Positions 60,836 to 64,000 of a stretch of DNA of 64,000 nt are shown here, piece after piece. The notes beneath the pieces are model-generated. The model was not told the origin of the DNA. It did not search any database and worked only from the letters and a program-made list of their open reading frames with translations. This stretch comes from Marinicella sp. (GTDB lineage Bacteria > Pseudomonadota > Gammaproteobacteria > Xanthomonadales > Marinicellaceae). Numbering within the stretch: the stretch's first letter is position 1; each line of letters opens with the position of its first letter. The translations under genes were made by a program, and so were the position numbers. The stretch spans positions 352,001 to 416,000 of the forward strand of contig OZ246001.1 in NCBI GenBank assembly GCA_965230295.1, read 5' to 3'.

Positions 60836-63208
60836 ATGTCTGAATACATCTTAAAACTTGACCAACTGTCCATGCAAGATTTAGACCAAGTGGGTGGAAA
60901 AAATGCCTCACTGGGTGAAATGATCACCCACCTGAATGCTTTGGGCGTCAAAGTACCGGGTGGCTTCGCCACCACTGCCGATGCTTTTAAGGAATTCTTA
61001 CAAACCTCTGGCTTGAATCAACGCATCAGCGACAAGTTGAAAGGTTTAGATACTGACAACATCGATGATTTGCGTGCTGCAGGCGAACAAATCAGGACAT
61101 GGGTTTTAGAAACACCTTTTCAAGCACCCTTAGAACAAGCCATACGTGATGCTTATGACAGCATGAAGGCTGATTTGGGAACAGATTTTTCCGTGGCAGT
61201 TCGTTCATCGGCCACCGCAGAAGATTTACCGGATGCTTCATTTGCAGGTCAGCAAGAAACCTTCCTTAACGTCAATGGGGCCGATGAAATACTGAAAAAA
61301 GCCCACGAAGTCTTTGCCTCGCTCTACAATGACCGCGCCATTTCGTACCGGGTTCACCACGGGTTTGATCATGATGATGTATACCTGTCTGCAGGGGTAC
61401 AACAGATGGTCAGGTCAGACATTGCTGCCAGTGGCGTGATGTTTACCATGGACACAGAATCGGGTTTTAATGATGTGGTGTTCATCACATCATCTTACGG
61501 CTTGGGCGAGATGGTGGTCCAAGGCGCAGTTAATCCTGATGAATTTTATGTGTATAAACCAGCCATTGCTGAGGACAAACCCGCTGTTCTGCGTCGAAAT
61601 CTCGGTTCCAAAGCCATTGAAATGACTTACTCTGATGACCCTGCCAATCCAGGCGTAAAAACACAGAACATCGAAAGCCAAAGAAGCCAACAGTTTTCGA
61701 TCACTGATGCTGAAGTTCAACAGCTGGCGAAACAAGCCATGATCATTGAAAAACATTATGGTCGTCCGATGGACATCGAATGGGCCAAAGATGGTGTAAC
61801 TGGAGAACTGTACATTGTTCAGGCCCGCCCTGAAACAGTGAAGTCCCGTGAAACCAAAGGTCAAAAAATAGAACGTTATGCCTTACAAAACCAAGGCACA
61901 GTGGTTTGTGAAGGTAGAAGTATTGGTCAGAAAGTAGGACAAGGTACAGCCAAAGTCATCAAAAGCATTGCCCAAATGGACCAGATCAATACCGGTGATG
62001 TGTTGGTCACTGACATGACAGACCCAGATTGGGAGCCCATCATGAAGAAAGCCGCAGCCATCGTGACCAACCGTGGTGGACGCACCTGTCATGCTGCAAT
62101 CATTGCTCGCGAACTGGGCATTCCTGCGATTGTTGGCTGTGGTGATGCCACAACCAAAATCAGTCACGAACGTGAAGTCACCGTCTCTTGCTGTGAAGGT
62201 GACACTGGCTTCGTTTATGAAGGTTTGATGGGCTATGACATCCATACCACCGATTTACAAAACATGCCAGAGGCGCCTTTGAAAATCATGATGAACGTTG
62301 GCAACCCCGACCGGGCATTTGATTTTCAAAACCTGCCTCATTTTGGCATTGGACTGGCCAGATTAGAATTCATCATCAACCGCATGATCGGCATCCACCC
62401 AAAAGTGTTGCTCAACTATGACGATCAACCAGACAACATCAAACAAATCACTGACCCCATGGTGGCTGCCTATGCTTCTCCAAGAGACTATTTTGTCAAA
62501 CGATTGGCAGAAGGCATTTCAACTTTGGCTGCGGCATTCAGCCCAAGCCCTGTTATTGTTCGATTGTCTGATTTCAAATCCAATGAATATGCCAACTTAA
62601 TTGGCGGAGCTCAATACGAACCCAATGAAGAAAACCCCATGCTGGGCTTTCGAGGCGCCTCTCGCTATTTGGATGATTCCTTTGTGGATTGTTTCGAAAT
62701 GGAGTGTGAGGCCTTGAAGTTCATTCGCGATGAAATGGGCTTAACCAACGTATGGGCAATGGTGCCCTTTGTCAGAACTTTGGCCGAAGGCCAGGGCGTG
62801 ATTGATTTGATGGCTAAAAATGGTCTGAAACAAGGCGACAATGGCCTAAAAATTATTATGATGTGTGAGCTGCCATCCAATGCATTGATGGCTGATGAAT
62901 TCCTGGACATCTTCGATGGCTTTTCAATCGGCTCCAATGACATGACACAGTTGACTTTGGGGTTGGATCGTGATTCTGGCATCATTGCTGATTTGTTTGA
63001 TGAACGGGATCCTGCGGTGAAGAAAATGCTGTCAATGGCCATCAGCGCCTGTAAACGCAGGGGCAAATACATCGGCATATGCGGTCAAGGACCTTCAGAC
63101 CACCCTGACTTAGCCCAATGGTTGTTAGATCAAGGCATAGAAAGCGTGTCATTAAATCCGGACACAGTGGTCGAAACCTGGTTAAAACTGGCCAAAACAA
63201 CTGATTAA
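60836..63208 (+). CDS. ppsA: Phosphoenolpyruvate synthase
   Basis: VGGKNASLGEM, AVRSSATAEDLP, GGRTCHAAIIARE, SIGSNDMTQ. Start set at ATG 60836. Confidence 0.98.
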   Translation: MSEYILKLDQLSMQDLDQVGGKNASLGEMITHLNALGVKVPGGFATTADAFKEFLQTSGLNQRISDKLKGLDTDNIDDLRAAGEQIRTWVLETPFQAPLEQAIRDAYDSMKADLGTDFSVAVRSSATAEDLPDASFAGQQETFLNVNGADEILKKAHEVFASLYNDRAISYRVHHGFDHDDVYLSAGVQQMVRSDIAASGVMFTMDTESGFNDVVFITSSYGLGEMVVQGAVNPDEFYVYKPAIAEDKPAVLRRNLGSKAIEMTYSDDPANPGVKTQNIESQRSQQFSITDAEVQQLAKQAMIIEKHYGRPMDIEWAKDGVTGELYIVQARPETVKSRETKGQKIERYALQNQGTVVCEGRSIGQKVGQGTAKVIKSIAQMDQINTGDVLVTDMTDPDWEPIMKKAAAIVTNRGGRTCHAAIIARELGIPAIVGCGDATTKISHEREVTVSCCEGDTGFVYEGLMGYDIHTTDLQNMPEAPLKIMMNVGNPDRAFDFQNLPHFGIGLARLEFIINRMIGIHPKVLLNYDDQPDNIKQITDPMVAAYASPRDYFVKRLAEGISTLAAAFSPSPVIVRLSDFKSNEYANLIGGAQYEPNEENPMLGFRGASRYLDDSFVDCFEMECEALKFIRDEMGLTNVWAMVPFVRTLAEGQGVIDLMAKNGLKQGDNGLKIIMMCELPSNALMADEFLDIFDGFSIGSNDMTQLTLGLDRDSGIIADLFDERDPAVKKMLSMAISACKRRGKYIGICGQGPSDHPDLAQWLLDQGIESVSLNPDTVVETWLKLAKTTD

Positions 63209-63244
63209 ATCTTTCAATCAACATTACAATAAAAAGAGGAAACA

Positions 63245-64000
63245 ATGAAACAAAAATTCACCTTGAAACCATTGGCAGGGGCTTTGATGCTGGGTTCAAT
63301 ATATGCAGCCCAAGCACAAATCGAAGCCATTCAACAACACCAACCAACTGACGTGCAAATTAATCAATCGATTAACAGCAATGATCTGATATTGGCTGTC
63401 GGCATCTTTGACCCCAAGCATCAACAGCTCCAATTTCAAAACAGTGGCATCTCCAGTTCACCATCAAGAGATTATGGCATCGTTCAATTCCATGCTGGTC
63501 ACAGTGACTTTAAATGGTTACAAGCCAATGGGTTTGATGTCATACAGTCGTTCTCAAACCACGCCTATTTGGTGAATTGGCGTGGCATTGACCCGTCAAA
63601 ATTGCAGCAAAACGAACAAATCAGATGGTCCGGTCCCTTTTTGAGCAGTTACAAAGTTTCGCCCAATTTATGGCAAAACAACCGTGCTGCATTGACTTCA
63701 TATGATTTATCAGTCCAGGTATTCAGTGATTATCCTGTTACAAAGATCAAACCTTTGATTCGAAAATTCGTGCCTGAAGCCAAATTCATCCAATCAAACA
63801 TACCCGGCAACAGTTCCCGTATTGCCATTCAAGTACCGGCTCTTAACTTGAATGAAACCCTGAGTCAATTGGCAGCCACAGAAGCCGTTCAATGGATCAA
63901 CCTGTATTACCCAGAGCGGTTTTTTAATAACGAAGCCGTGGCTGCAGTTCAAGCCACCAGCGGCAACACTGCAGACACACCAATCTTCGATCAAGGACTC
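63245..64000 (+). CDS. Secreted protein, probably a KP-43-type S8 subtilase (signal peptide + propeptide; truncated by the window edge)
   Basis: Not in the ORF track. After a GAGGA RBS: MKQKFTLKPLAGALMLGSIYAAQA...FDP...YGIVQF...NHAYLV...IRWSGPF...YKVSP...VQWI...PIFDQGL. Matches the KP-43 propeptide pattern; catalytic residues fall outside the window. Confidence 0.65.
   Translation, partial: MKQKFTLKPLAGALMLGSIYAAQAQIEAIQQHQPTDVQINQSINSNDLILAVGIFDPKHQQLQFQNSGISSSPSRDYGIVQFHAGHSDFKWLQANGFDVIQSFSNHAYLVNWRGIDPSKLQQNEQIRWSGPFLSSYKVSPNLWQNNRAALTSYDLSVQVFSDYPVTKIKPLIRKFVPEAKFIQSNIPGNSSRIAIQVPALNLNETLSQLAATEAVQWINLYYPERFFNNEAVAAVQATSGNTADTPIFDQGL

Noticed and set aside
346-63994. Many 60-150-aa ORFs antisense to, or in alternate frames of, housekeeping genes
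   Set aside because: They lie within well-supported genes, show no recognisable motifs and read like shadow ORFs.

Overview
Chromosomal window from an AT-rich Gammaproteobacterium. The gene content and order (ygfZ divergent from DUF1674-sdhCDAB-sdhE, rhodanese-MoeB fusion) resemble Xanthomonadales/Marinicella-type marine heterotrophs; the taxonomy is inference only. Most of the window is core housekeeping: RND efflux, a merged type IV pilus locus (pilBCD-coaE-tRNA-Ile2-pilMNOPQ plus a large Ig-repeat lipoprotein), sucCD, folD, moeAB, der/bamB/yfgM, trmJ/suhB, yajC-secDF, ispG, sdh, a 2-oxoacid:ferredoxin oxidoreductase cluster, ppsR/ppsA and a partial secreted protease. The main accessory element is a complete 6,958-bp IS1595-family cargo transposon at 34228-41185, with 23-bp terminal inverted repeats (20/23 identical) and a perfect 8-bp target duplication ACAGAAAT. 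Its cargo is a candidate new restriction-modification-like defence system: m6A DNA methyltransferase + ParB/Srx-domain protein + Mrr-like nuclease. A MerR-like regulator lies divergent from these genes, and both sides appear to share one perfectly palindromic bidirectional sigma70 promoter. Other notable signals are a modular structured interspersed repeat (two copies of different length) and a SuhB that has lost its catalytic metal ligands.
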